A stretch of DNA of 64,000 nt from Nitrospiraceae bacterium (GTDB lineage Bacteria > Nitrospirota > Thermodesulfovibrionia > Thermodesulfovibrionales > UBA1546). Location of the stretch: the NCBI GenBank assembly GCA_021373015.1, contig JAJFTJ010000018.1, positions 65,489 through 129,488 on the forward strand, in the 5' to 3' direction. Both the position numbers and the translations under genes were made by a program. The notes below the pieces were generated by a model. The model saw only the letters and a program-made list of their open reading frames with translations, was not told where the DNA came from and made no database searches. Below, piece by piece: positions 20,333 to 29,922 of the stretch. Every line of letters starts with the position of its first letter. Position 1 is the stretch's first letter.

Positions 20333-21262
20333 TCATTCCCTCCCGAGAATTTTTATCTCAGGTTCAAGATTAATTCCGTGAACTGCCAAGACCTTTGACT
20401 TCACTTCATACATCAGCCTCAAAAAATCAGCGGCAGTTCCATTGCCAGTATTTATGAAAAAGTTTGCATGCATAGGACTTACCTCAATATCTCCGACTTT
20501 CATTCCCTTACATCCTGATTCATCAATAAGCCGACCGGCTGATATGCCATTGGGATTCTTGAATACACAGCCTGCAGAAGGTTCAGCTATCGGTTGTCTT
20601 GATTTTTTCTCATTGAGAAAGTCTTCTATTCTGGCCGCAACATCTTCTTTAGAATCTTTTCTGAACCTGATATCTGCCCCAAGCATTATTGAACCTGCAG
20701 GAATATTTGACTGTCTGTATTCAAGCCCCAGCTCTCCTGCATTCATATCTCCGACCTTTCCGTTGAGATACATTATCCTCGCAGACACAACTACATCTTT
20801 CATTTCATATTCAAATGACCCTGCATTGCCGACAACTGCTCCACCTACAAATCCAGGAATGCCTGCAAGTCCTTCAATGCCTGTATAACCATTATCTTTT
20901 GTAAAATTCACAAGCCGTTGCAAGGGAACTCCTGCCTCAACAAACATTGAAACAAGATCCGGTCCTCCCCTTACGAGATCGAGCCTCCTGAAATTTTTAA
21001 GGGAGATAACAACACCCTCTATCCCATTATCCATAATAAGCATATTTGTTCCGCCGCCAATAACCATAAAAGAAATATTGTTCTCATTTAAAACAATGAT
21101 AAGATTGGATAGAGAAACAGTATCATGCGGAGCAACAAGAATATCCGCAGTACCGCCTATTTTTAAATAGGTGTGATATTTCATCAATTCCTTAAAGTTG
21201 AGTTCGCCAGAAAAACTGTTCTGAGGGACTATCTCTCTCCAGATACGATCATCTATCAGCAT
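20333..21262 (-). CDS. murB: UDP-N-acetylenolpyruvoylglucosamine reductase
   Basis: 309 aa with an FAD-binding PCMH domain (IGGTADILV...VIGGGTNML) and a MurB C-terminal domain. Confidence 0.93.
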   Translation of the reverse strand: MLIDDRIWREIVPQNSFSGELNFKELMKYHTYLKIGGTADILVAPHDTVSLSNLIIVLNENNISFMVIGGGTNMLIMDNGIEGVVISLKNFRRLDLVRGGPDLVSMFVEAGVPLQRLVNFTKDNGYTGIEGLAGIPGFVGGAVVGNAGSFEYEMKDVVVSARIMYLNGKVGDMNAGELGLEYRQSNIPAGSIMLGADIRFRKDSKEDVAARIEDFLNEKKSRQPIAEPSAGCVFKNPNGISAGRLIDESGCKGMKVGDIEVSPMHANFFINTGNGTAADFLRLMYEVKSKVLAVHGINLEPEIKILGRE

Positions 21263-22655
21263 TTTTGCTCCTCATAACTTCAAGAATATTTTCTCCTATT
21301 TTCCAGACATCGCCTGCGCCCAGAGTGAAAACAGCGTCACCTTTTTTTATTTTTGAGATAAGATCATCCATAAGCTTTGCCTTGTCTGAAAAATAAGCAA
21401 CGTTTTTATGCCCTTTGCCTTTTATGTGTGCAAGGAGAACATGAGTATTTATCCCTTCAATAGGTTTTTCGCTCGCAGGATATATGTCTGTAAGATAAAG
21501 AACATCAGCATCATTAAATGATCCTGCAAAATCTTCCATCAAGTCCCTTGTCCTTGTATATCTGTGAGGCTGGAAGACAACAAAAAGTCGTTCTCCCTTG
21601 TTATCCGCTTTTTCAATCAGGCCTTCTTTTGCTGCCCTGAGTGTTGCCTTTATTTCTGTTGGATGATGTCCATAGTCGTCAAATATCTTAATTCCTCTTT
21701 CCTCGCCCTTGAGTTCGAATCTTCTCTGGATACCGCTGAATTTATTCAAGGCCTCTCTCACAACATTGATATTCATCTTCAGCTCCATAGCAACAGCTAT
21801 GCTTGCAAGACTATTTAAAATATTATGCATTCCTGGAACAGGCAGAGTGAAATCCCCAATATCTTTGCCTTCATGGACAACGTTAAAACTGACTGACATG
21901 AATCCCTTTTCAATATTCTCAGCGTAGATATCAGCCTCTTTTGAGAATCCGTATGTAATACATTTTCTGTGCACATGCGGTATAAGTTTCTTTAGCTCCT
22001 CATTTTCTATGCATACAATTGCAGAGCCGTAAAAAGGAACTTTATTCATAAAAGAAATAAATGCGTTTCTTATTGCATCCATTGTCTTAAAAAAATCAAT
22101 ATGTTCTCTGTCTATGTTTGTTACAACTGCAATTGTCGGTGAAAGTTTAAGAAACGAGCCGTCGCTCTCATCAGCTTCGGCAATAAGAAAATCTCCCTTG
22201 CCGAGCATTGCATTGCTTCCGGTTGCCCTGAGTCTTCCTCCGACAACAATAGTAGGATCGAACCCTGCGCTTGCAAGAATTGTTGCTATCAAAGATGTTG
22301 TTGTTGTCTTGCCGTGAGCGCCTGCAACAAGCACGCTGTATTTAAGTCTTGCAATCTCAGCAAGCATCTCAGCACGTGGGATTACAGGAATTGATCTCTT
22401 ACTTGCCTCAACCACTTCCGCATTGTCATCAGACACAGCAGATGATATGACAACAACATGGGCATTATCGACATTTTCTGATTTATGGCCGATATTCACT
22501 TTTATTCCAAGGCTTCTGAGCCTGTTTGTAGTTTCCGAGTCTTTGACATCAGAGCCTGTGACTTCATAACCAAGATTATGCAAAACCTCAGCTATACCGC
22601 TCATTCCAATGCCGCCTATGCCGACAAAATGTATTATTCTGTAATGCTCGAACAC
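21249..22655 (-). CDS. murC: UDP-N-acetylmuramate--L-alanine ligase
   Basis: IHFVGIGGIGMSGIA, GAHGKTTTTS and QPHRYTRTRDL motifs. Confidence 0.95.
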   Translation of the reverse strand: MFEHYRIIHFVGIGGIGMSGIAEVLHNLGYEVTGSDVKDSETTNRLRSLGIKVNIGHKSENVDNAHVVVISSAVSDDNAEVVEASKRSIPVIPRAEMLAEIARLKYSVLVAGAHGKTTTTSLIATILASAGFDPTIVVGGRLRATGSNAMLGKGDFLIAEADESDGSFLKLSPTIAVVTNIDREHIDFFKTMDAIRNAFISFMNKVPFYGSAIVCIENEELKKLIPHVHRKCITYGFSKEADIYAENIEKGFMSVSFNVVHEGKDIGDFTLPVPGMHNILNSLASIAVAMELKMNINVVREALNKFSGIQRRFELKGEERGIKIFDDYGHHPTEIKATLRAAKEGLIEKADNKGERLFVVFQPHRYTRTRDLMEDFAGSFNDADVLYLTDIYPASEKPIEGINTHVLLAHIKGKGHKNVAYFSDKAKLMDDLISKIKKGDAVFTLGAGDVWKIGENILEVMRSKNADR

Positions 22656-23782
22656 TATTTTTCTCCTTTTGAATGGGACTTGGCTGCTGACATCCTTCTG
22701 AGACTCATTGCTATATCTACAATCTTCTGCGCAGCATCAGGCCTGCCGAATGCCCTGCTGTATTTCTCCATCTCCTGTCTTGCGTTCTGATTTAGAAAAA
22801 GCTCTTTTATGTTTGCTGCCAGCAGCTCTCCCTTAAGCTGTTTGTCCAGTATCATTTTTGCAGCCTTCATCTCATACAATTTTGTTGCATTAATATCCTG
22901 ATGAAATCCTGCTGCATGAGGATAAGGGATTAGAATTGAAGGTTTCCCTACGGCGGTTAATTCAGCAAGTGTTGTTGCACCCGCCCTTGAGATTACGATA
23001 TCAGAAACTGCATATGCCTCTGCCATCTGGAATATGAATGGAACAACAGTTCCTCTCATCCCCCATTTTCTGTATGCCTCTCTTATATATTCATAATCAC
23101 GCTCGCCTGTCTGATGAAGGAACTGGACATTATTTTTTATATCAGTCATGTAACCGAATGCCTCTATCATTGCCATATTTATACTGCGTGCTCCAAGACT
23201 TCCGCCAAATATAAATATCGTGAATTTGTTTTTTTCCAGTGAAAATATGCTGTATGCAGCTTCCTTGCTTCCCTTTAAAATACGCTCCCTTATAGGATTC
23301 CCAGTAAGATATGTTTTTTGCTTTGGGAAATAGGAGATGCTCTCCTGATATGTCACGCCTATTGCGCCAGTAAATTTCCCGAGTATTTTATTTGCAAGTC
23401 CAGGGACTGAATTTTGCTCCACTATCATGTTAGGGATAGACCGTATAAATGCTGTAAACACAGGCGCTACAGAGGCATAGCCTCCAACACCAATAACAAC
23501 ATCAGGTTTTAATTCACGGAACATTTTGCATGAATCCATTATTGAAATAAAAAGCCCGCAGATTCCTTTCAGTTTTCTGAGAATGGACATTCCAACAAAT
23601 TTGTCAGCCCGCAAAAATTTTATTGAATATCCCTCTCTGGGAATAATACGCGCCTCGATTCCCTGCTCAGTGCCGACAAAAGTTATCTCTACATCCTTAT
23701 GTCGTTTTTTCAGCTCCTCAGCAATAGCAAGGCCGGGAAATACATGTCCGCCTGTCCCGCCTCCAGCGATAATTACACGCAT
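22655..23782 (-). CDS. murG: undecaprenyldiphospho-muramoylpentapeptide beta-N-acetylglucosaminyltransferase
   Basis: IIAGGGTGGHVFPGLAIAEEL N-terminus, GT28 family. Confidence 0.95.
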   Translation of the reverse strand: MRVIIAGGGTGGHVFPGLAIAEELKKRHKDVEITFVGTEQGIEARIIPREGYSIKFLRADKFVGMSILRKLKGICGLFISIMDSCKMFRELKPDVVIGVGGYASVAPVFTAFIRSIPNMIVEQNSVPGLANKILGKFTGAIGVTYQESISYFPKQKTYLTGNPIRERILKGSKEAAYSIFSLEKNKFTIFIFGGSLGARSINMAMIEAFGYMTDIKNNVQFLHQTGERDYEYIREAYRKWGMRGTVVPFIFQMAEAYAVSDIVISRAGATTLAELTAVGKPSILIPYPHAAGFHQDINATKLYEMKAAKMILDKQLKGELLAANIKELFLNQNARQEMEKYSRAFGRPDAAQKIVDIAMSLRRMSAAKSHSKGEK

Positions 23783-23800
23783 ATCGTCCTTTTGAATTTT

Positions 23801-24991
23801 TTAAACATCGAAATTCATCCTGTTGCCGTACACTGATCTCAAAGCCTTTTTTCTGACTATTGCCTCACGTGTCCTGTCAAATACTTTGTTCCTTATTTCT
23901 CCTCTTGAGAAATTCAGGATTATTCCTATTGCAGTCATATTCACAAGCAATGCAGAACCTCCATAGCTTATAAACGGCAAGGGAAGCCCTTTTGTAGGAA
24001 CCATTCCTGTGACGACAAAAAAATTGATCAATGCCTGAAGTGCGATCATTATAGAGAGGCCATAAGCAAGATAATAAACAAAGCTGTCTTTTGTCTTGTT
24101 GGTGATCGATAAACCTTTAAGGAACAATGCAAGAAAGAGGATTGTAACAATAAAAGCTCCAACAAGACCGAGTTCTTCTCCAATCATCGAAAAGATAAAG
24201 TCAGTATGAACTTCAGGCAGGAATAAGAGTTTTTGTTTGCTCTGTCCCAGTCCTACTCCTGTCACACCGCCGCTTCCAAGCGCAATGAATGACTGTACAA
24301 GCTGGAAACCGCTGCCCTGTGCATTGTCCCAAGGGTTCAGAAAAGTTGCAATTCGTCTCCAGCGATAGGGTTCCTTTATAAGCATGTAAATTATAGGTAT
24401 CACAAATACCATTAACGAAAGAAGATATCTCATCCTCATCCCTGATATAAAAAGCATGGCAATGGCAATTACGCCAAGTGTTACAGCAGCGCCAAAATCA
24501 GGCTGTTTTAAAAATATAACCTGGAATGCTGCAACGACTGCCATTGGTTTTATAAAAGATAAAAAACTGTCTCTCTTGTAATCAGGCATAGACATATATT
24601 TCGCAAGAAATATAACCATGGAAAGTTTTACAAGCTCAGAAGGCTGGAAGGTTGAAGGCCAAAGCTTAATCCATCTTTTTGCACCACCTGCTGAAACTCC
24701 TGCTCCCGGCACAAAAACCAGCGCAAGAAGAATTGATGCAATAACAAGAAGCGGTATTGCAAACTTCTTCAATGTTTCAGGTCTCAACCTGTAAGCAATG
24801 AACATAAATACAAAACCTATTACCATCGTGAGCAGGTGTTTATTGAAATAATAAAAGTGCGTAATGTTTTTCTTTGTAAAATTTGGATTCACAACAGATG
24901 TTGAACTGTAGATCATGAGCAGACCCAATCCAAGAAGCACACATGTTATTATGAATATCCATCTGTCATGCGGTCTTGTCATATCAGGCAA
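23801..24991 (-). CDS. ftsW: SEDS-family peptidoglycan glycosyltransferase FtsW
   Basis: About 10 TM segments with FQPSELVKL and LPFISYGGSAL motifs, in the dcw position between murD and murG. Confidence 0.92.
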   Translation of the reverse strand: MPDMTRPHDRWIFIITCVLLGLGLLMIYSSTSVVNPNFTKKNITHFYYFNKHLLTMVIGFVFMFIAYRLRPETLKKFAIPLLVIASILLALVFVPGAGVSAGGAKRWIKLWPSTFQPSELVKLSMVIFLAKYMSMPDYKRDSFLSFIKPMAVVAAFQVIFLKQPDFGAAVTLGVIAIAMLFISGMRMRYLLSLMVFVIPIIYMLIKEPYRWRRIATFLNPWDNAQGSGFQLVQSFIALGSGGVTGVGLGQSKQKLLFLPEVHTDFIFSMIGEELGLVGAFIVTILFLALFLKGLSITNKTKDSFVYYLAYGLSIMIALQALINFFVVTGMVPTKGLPLPFISYGGSALLVNMTAIGIILNFSRGEIRNKVFDRTREAIVRKKALRSVYGNRMNFDV

Positions 24992-26393
24992 GCTCCTTAA
25001 CTATCTTTTTAAACTGTTCACCTCTGTCTTCAAAACTTTTGAACATATCGAAGCTTGCGCATGCAGGGGACAAGAGAACCACATCTCCTTTTGAAGCGGA
25101 GTTTCTAGAGATTATGACTGCATCCATGAGAGTATCTGCAAATTTGGCATCAGTGATATTCCCAAGGGCTTTTTTTATTTTTCCCCTTGCCTCGCCAATC
25201 AATACAAGTGTTTTCACTTTTTCTCTTACAAGCTTCCTTAGCACAGAAAAATCTCCTGCCTTATCCCTTCCTCCTGCAATCAAGATTACTGGTTTTGAAA
25301 AACCTTCAAGTGATTTTTCAACTGCGCCTACATTTGTCCCCTTAGAATCATTTATATAAGTAACGCCTTCCAGCTCTCGTACAAATTCAAGTCTGTGCTC
25401 AAGCCCTGCGAATTCACGCAGTGTTTTTACAACTGCATTTGCAGGGCATTTTGCAAGGAGAGCCATGGCCGAAGCAGCCATGGCATTCTCCAGGTTGTGG
25501 ACGCCTTTAATCTTTATTTCTTCAGCAGATATAAGCTTGTTATCAGAGACTCCCAAATCAATTTCAGGAAGATTGCAGAATATAAATCCATCTTTAAAAT
25601 AAAGACCTTTAACTTTCTCTTTTCTGCTGAAGAAAAATATATCAGGAAAAGTTTTCTCGTCTCTTGAACCGATTTTTCCTTTATAAGCATTCATTGTTTC
25701 CGCATCATCTGCATTCAAAACAAGATAATCTTCTTTCCTCTGATTTAGAAATATCATTGCTTTTGAGTCTCTGTATTCATCCATTGATTTATATCTGTCC
25801 AGATGGTCTGGAGTTATATTCAAAATCACTGCGCCTTTTGGTCTGAAGGTCTCGATAGTATCGAGTTGGAAATTAGAAACCTCTGCAACAATACAGTCAG
25901 TGCTGTTTATTTTTTTATTAGCGCTGAGCATTTTGAAAAGTTCTTCGGTAAGAGCATTTCCAATATTCCCTCCGCACAAAGAATTAACACCTGCATTCTT
26001 AAACATGAGGTCAAGTAGTGTTGTTGTAGTTGATTTGCCGTTAGTTCCGGTTATTGCAAAGAACGGAATTTCTTGATTTATTATCTGAAATGCAAGCTCA
26101 AGTTCACCGATAATCTTTATTCCCTTTCCCCTGGCTTTTTTCAAAGGCGCAATATCCAGAGAGACCCCAGGACTTATCACTGCAATATCCGCCTGATAGA
26201 TAAGTTCATCAGGATGTCCGCCAAGGCTTAACTTTATAGAAGGCAGAAGATTTTTGGTGTATTTGCTTAATTCTGTCTCTGATTTTTTGTCAGTTACAGT
26301 AACCTGAGCACCCATGTATGCAAGCAGATTAGCAGCGCCTGCTCCGCTCCTTGCCAGTCCAAAAACAACGATTTTTTTATCCTTTACATTCAT
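24984..26393 (-). CDS. murD: UDP-N-acetylmuramoylalanine--D-glutamate ligase
   Basis: VVFGLARSGAGAANLL N-terminus and ITGTNGKSTTT P-loop; Mur ligase domains. Confidence 0.95.
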   Translation of the reverse strand: MNVKDKKIVVFGLARSGAGAANLLAYMGAQVTVTDKKSETELSKYTKNLLPSIKLSLGGHPDELIYQADIAVISPGVSLDIAPLKKARGKGIKIIGELELAFQIINQEIPFFAITGTNGKSTTTTLLDLMFKNAGVNSLCGGNIGNALTEELFKMLSANKKINSTDCIVAEVSNFQLDTIETFRPKGAVILNITPDHLDRYKSMDEYRDSKAMIFLNQRKEDYLVLNADDAETMNAYKGKIGSRDEKTFPDIFFFSRKEKVKGLYFKDGFIFCNLPEIDLGVSDNKLISAEEIKIKGVHNLENAMAASAMALLAKCPANAVVKTLREFAGLEHRLEFVRELEGVTYINDSKGTNVGAVEKSLEGFSKPVILIAGGRDKAGDFSVLRKLVREKVKTLVLIGEARGKIKKALGNITDAKFADTLMDAVIISRNSASKGDVVLLSPACASFDMFKSFEDRGEQFKKIVKELA

Positions 26394-27456
26394 TTTTTCC
26401 GTTCCCCGAAATTGTAGTGCCTTTTATCTTCACGCCTTTTCCAGAATAATTATTCTCATCTTTCTGATCCACGCCAGTATCTCTATACTTTTTCTTTGTT
26501 TTTATTTTTTTATTGCTGTAATTTTTATAAACTGTTTTTTTAGTCCCCTGCATATAATCAGCTTTTGTAAAATAGACCATTGGCTGTTCATTATTTGCAA
26601 GCACATCCACTCCCTTTGCCAAAAGTTTTTCTGTTTCATGCCAGAGAGTATTCCTGTTGGGCGCGCCAAGAATAGCTACAATTATTGTTTCTCCGTTTCT
26701 CTCGCCTGCATAAACAAAACAATGTCTTGCAGCCTTTGTATAACCTGTCTTGCCTCCAAGGGCTCCCTCATCAGACCACAAAAGCATATTTGTGTTTTCA
26801 AGCATAACTGCCCTTCCCTCTGACATCAATATCTCTGTTTTTTTTGTTTTAAGTATCTCCCTTATTTCAGGATACTTAAGTGAATATCTCATTATCTTTG
26901 CTAAATCATAAGCTGTTATCTGCTGGCCTTTTCCCGGAAGTCCTGTTGTATTAATAAATTTTGTATGGGCTGCGCCTATAGAGGAAACTTTTTTATTCAT
27001 TAGATCAACAAATCCCGCCTCAGAGCCTGAAACTCCCTCTGCAAGTGCAAATGCTGCATCATTTGCTGACATGAGAAGCGCTGCATAGAGCAGTGTGCCG
27101 ATCAGAACACTTTCGCCTGCCTTGAATTTCTGTTCATTGTCTCTGTATTTCAAAGGTATCTTTGCTGCTTTTTCGCTTATGACGACAGTATCATTCATAT
27201 TTTTTCTGTCAAGTGTCACCATAGCCGTGACAAGTTTTGTTGTACTTGCAGGAAGAAGCTTGAGATTAGGATTCTTTGCAAATAATATTCTTCCTGTTGA
27301 TGCCTCCATGACCAAAGCAGCTTTTGACGATATGTCCTGTGCATATGCTGTTGAAAATAAAAAAGTAAAAATCAGGAATGCAAAAACAAAAATAATAATA
27401 ATAATTTTCTCGCTGATTTTAATTTTTGGTTTTTTAATCTTTATTTTATCTTTCAT
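26377..27456 (-). CDS. D-alanyl-D-alanine carboxypeptidase (S11, PBP5/6-like) with a Lys-rich C-terminal tail
   Basis: Signal/anchor segment and a SxxK motif (ASTTKLVTA). The SxN-like and KTG (GGKTGYT) motifs are present. The C-terminal roughly 60 aa are K/N/G-rich. The stop overlaps the murD start by 17 nt. Confidence 0.85.
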   Translation of the reverse strand: MKDKIKIKKPKIKISEKIIIIIFVFAFLIFTFLFSTAYAQDISSKAALVMEASTGRILFAKNPNLKLLPASTTKLVTAMVTLDRKNMNDTVVISEKAAKIPLKYRDNEQKFKAGESVLIGTLLYAALLMSANDAAFALAEGVSGSEAGFVDLMNKKVSSIGAAHTKFINTTGLPGKGQQITAYDLAKIMRYSLKYPEIREILKTKKTEILMSEGRAVMLENTNMLLWSDEGALGGKTGYTKAARHCFVYAGERNGETIIVAILGAPNRNTLWHETEKLLAKGVDVLANNEQPMVYFTKADYMQGTKKTVYKNYSNKKIKTKKKYRDTGVDQKDENNYSGKGVKIKGTTISGNGKNECKG

Positions 27457-27458
27457 AA

Positions 27459-28541
27459 TTACCTCACCTTAAGCGTTGCCAGACTCAGGAGTGCAAGCAC
27501 TATCCCGACTATCCAGAATCTGACTATTACTTTTGATTCAGGCCACCCTTTTAATTCAAAGTGATGATGTATGGGCGCCATTTTGAATATTCTTTTCCCT
27601 GTCAGCTTGAATGATGCGACCTGAAAAACTACTGAAAGAGTTTCTATTACAAAAATCCCTCCTACGACTGCAAGAACAAGTTCCTGCTTTGTTACTACAG
27701 CAAGTGTTCCAAGCAGGCCTCCCAAGGAAAGCGAGCCTGTATCTCCCATAAATATTTCAGCAGGGTATGAGTTGTACCATAAAAACCCAAGCGATGCTCC
27801 GAATATTGCGCCGCAGAATACTGTAAGCTCTCCTGTGCTAGGAAGATAAAGCACCTGAAGGTATTGCGAGAACTTGACATTTCCTGAGATATAAACAAGT
27901 ATCCCTGTGCCAAGCACAGCAACAGCAACAAGTCCTGAGGCAAGACCGTCTATTCCATCTGTCAGATTCACTGCATTTGAAGAGCCTACTATAACAAGAA
28001 TAGAGAATGGGATATAAAAAAGTCCCAGATCAAAAAGCCATTTCTTGAAAAAAGGGATGCTCAGAACATCATTGAATGGATCTTTTGGGTCTGTATACAA
28101 AAAAATACTTACCGCAAGTGCAATAAGTACCTGGATCCCGAATTTATATCTTGCGCTCAGGCCGTTGGAATTCTTCTTTGAGATCTTAAGATAATCATCG
28201 ATAAATCCTATTGTCCCGAATCCTGCGAGTGAAAAAATCATTACCCATATATATTTATTCGTGAGATCAGCCCATAACAATACTGTGCCTAATATTGCGA
28301 TAAGAATTATAAGCCCGCCCATAGTTGGAGTTCCTGCTTTTCCCGCATGCATCTTTGGACCATCGTCTCTTATCTGCTGCGTAAGACTATAAGTCTTCAG
28401 TTTTTTGATTATTTTGGGAGCAATTATAAATGTAATGACCATTGCTGTTGCCATTGCAAGCGCTGTTCTGAAAGTTATATATCTGAAAACATTTAATGGT
28501 GAAATTACCTCATGAAGACTGTAAAGCAGGCTATAAAGCAT
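27459..28541 (-). CDS. mraY: phospho-N-acetylmuramoyl-pentapeptide transferase
   Basis: Typical MraY (FRYITFRT..., NAVNLTDGIDGLA, PIHHHFE). I prefer the ATG at 28541 (MLYSLLYSL); the track ORF starts at 28562. Confidence 0.96.
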   Translation of the reverse strand: MLYSLLYSLHEVISPLNVFRYITFRTALAMATAMVITFIIAPKIIKKLKTYSLTQQIRDDGPKMHAGKAGTPTMGGLIILIAILGTVLLWADLTNKYIWVMIFSLAGFGTIGFIDDYLKISKKNSNGLSARYKFGIQVLIALAVSIFLYTDPKDPFNDVLSIPFFKKWLFDLGLFYIPFSILVIVGSSNAVNLTDGIDGLASGLVAVAVLGTGILVYISGNVKFSQYLQVLYLPSTGELTVFCGAIFGASLGFLWYNSYPAEIFMGDTGSLSLGGLLGTLAVVTKQELVLAVVGGIFVIETLSVVFQVASFKLTGKRIFKMAPIHHHFELKGWPESKVIVRFWIVGIVLALLSLATLKVR

Positions 28542-29922
28542 CCTCTTCCCCCTTGTTAACAAGAACTCTTTCCATCTTCATCCCTCTTGATCCTTTTATA
28601 AGAACAGTGTCGCCAGGATTAAGAATATTTCTCAAGGCTTCCGCAGCTTCTTGGGAACCAGAAACCATTATTGTCTGTCTCCCTGATCTGGCAAATGCAG
28701 AGCCAGCCACCGACATTAGCGGACCAACTGCTATAAATATATCTATGGGAAGTTCGCACATTAGTTCTCCTGTTTTTCTGTGCGCATCTTCAGCATATGC
28801 ACCAAGTTCAAGCATGTCGCCAAGAACTGCTATGGTTCTTTTTTTCTTCATTCTTGAAAGTTCTTTTAATGCCTTTTCCATCGATAATGGATTTGCATTG
28901 TAAACATCACTTATAACCGTTGCTCCAAAAATGTCTTTTATCTCAAGCCTCATCGGAAGTCCGGTGAAAGATTCTATGCCTTCTTTGATCAGGTATGGAG
29001 GAAGATTAAACATATCGCCTATTGCTGCAGCTGCAAGCGCATTATAGATATTAAACTCACCGGGGACATTTAATTTGACTTCTGTATATTTCGACCCCTC
29101 AACTGAAAGATAAAAACTTGAATATCTTTCATTCACAACAATATCTTTTGCATGAATATCCGCATTATCTTCTATTCCATATGTAGTAATCCTGCCTTTG
29201 TAATCAGCTTTATAAATTCCTTCCATAAGAAAAGAATCATCTGCATTAACCGCAATCCCTTTAACTGTTTTTAGGATTTCCAGTTTTGTATTTCTTATAT
29301 TTTCAAGACTCTCAAATCCTTCAAGATGTGCCTCTCCAATATTTGTAATTACACCATAGTCAGGCTCTGCAATCCTGCACAACTCTTTGATGTCTCCAAT
29401 CATGCTTGCACCCATTTCAAGAACAACAACTCCGTATTCGTCGGTCAAATTTGTAAGGCTGAGAGGGAGACCGATATGGTTATTCAGATTCCCTGCATTT
29501 TTAAGGACTTTATATCTTGTGCCAAGTACAGAAGCGATAAGTTCTTTTGTTGTTGTCTTGCCGTTTGTGCCTGTAATTCCAACAACAGGCACACCCTTAT
29601 TTATGCGTATGTAATGCGCTATATCCTGAAGCGCTTTCAGTGTGTTATTTACATATATAATTGTTTTTCCTTTAACCGGTTCTGCAGGCGGGATGCTCAC
29701 GATAGCGCCGCTTGCTGTTTCAAGCGCTTTATAAAGAAAATCATGACCGTTAAAGTTCAAGCCTTTCAAGGCAATAAAAAGTTCATTGCTCTTGATTGTT
29801 CTTGAATCAATTGAAATTCCTGCAAACACAGGAGAGTTCCCATTGCCGTAGATTATCTTTCCATTTGTTGCCTTGATAATGTCATCTATTTTTAATATAT
29901 TCATAATCAATGTCTCAAACAC
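28531..29922 (-). CDS. murF: UDP-N-acetylmuramoyl-tripeptide--D-alanyl-D-alanine ligase
   Basis: GITGTNGKTTTKE P-loop and Mur ligase middle and C-terminal domains, in the dcw position. Confidence 0.93.
   Translation of the reverse strand: MFETLIMNILKIDDIIKATNGKIIYGNGNSPVFAGISIDSRTIKSNELFIALKGLNFNGHDFLYKALETASGAIVSIPPAEPVKGKTIIYVNNTLKALQDIAHYIRINKGVPVVGITGTNGKTTTKELIASVLGTRYKVLKNAGNLNNHIGLPLSLTNLTDEYGVVVLEMGASMIGDIKELCRIAEPDYGVITNIGEAHLEGFESLENIRNTKLEILKTVKGIAVNADDSFLMEGIYKADYKGRITTYGIEDNADIHAKDIVVNERYSSFYLSVEGSKYTEVKLNVPGEFNIYNALAAAAIGDMFNLPPYLIKEGIESFTGLPMRLEIKDIFGATVISDVYNANPLSMEKALKELSRMKKKRTIAVLGDMLELGAYAEDAHRKTGELMCELPIDIFIAVGPLMSVAGSAFARSGRQTIMVSGSQEAAEALRNILNPGDTVLIKGSRGMKMERVLVNKGEEDAL

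Noticed and set aside
20442-20888. Long ORFs antisense to or out of frame with real genes. Examples: 20442-20888 (148 aa), 26314-26823 (169 aa), 28496-28903 (135 aa), 29326-29805 (159 aa), 43733-44128 (131 aa), 61218-61613 (131 aa), 62883-63293 (136 aa).
   Set aside because: Each lies entirely within a confidently identified conserved gene (murB, dac/murD, murF, rsmD, hppA, adk). The translations are Ser/Pro/Cys/Phe-rich, as expected for shadow frames, and no start signals were seen.
21544-21556. TCCCTTGTCCTTG in murC, and ATCCCTTGTCTT at 46911-46922 in lptG, match the inverted-repeat core of the 52.1-52.26 kb region (13-mer and 12-mer).
   Set aside because: The murC copy encodes the conserved HRYTRTRD motif (ACAAGGACAAGGGAC). 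The lptG copy is in-frame coding (EDKGS). Both are most simply coding-sequence coincidences, not additional element copies.
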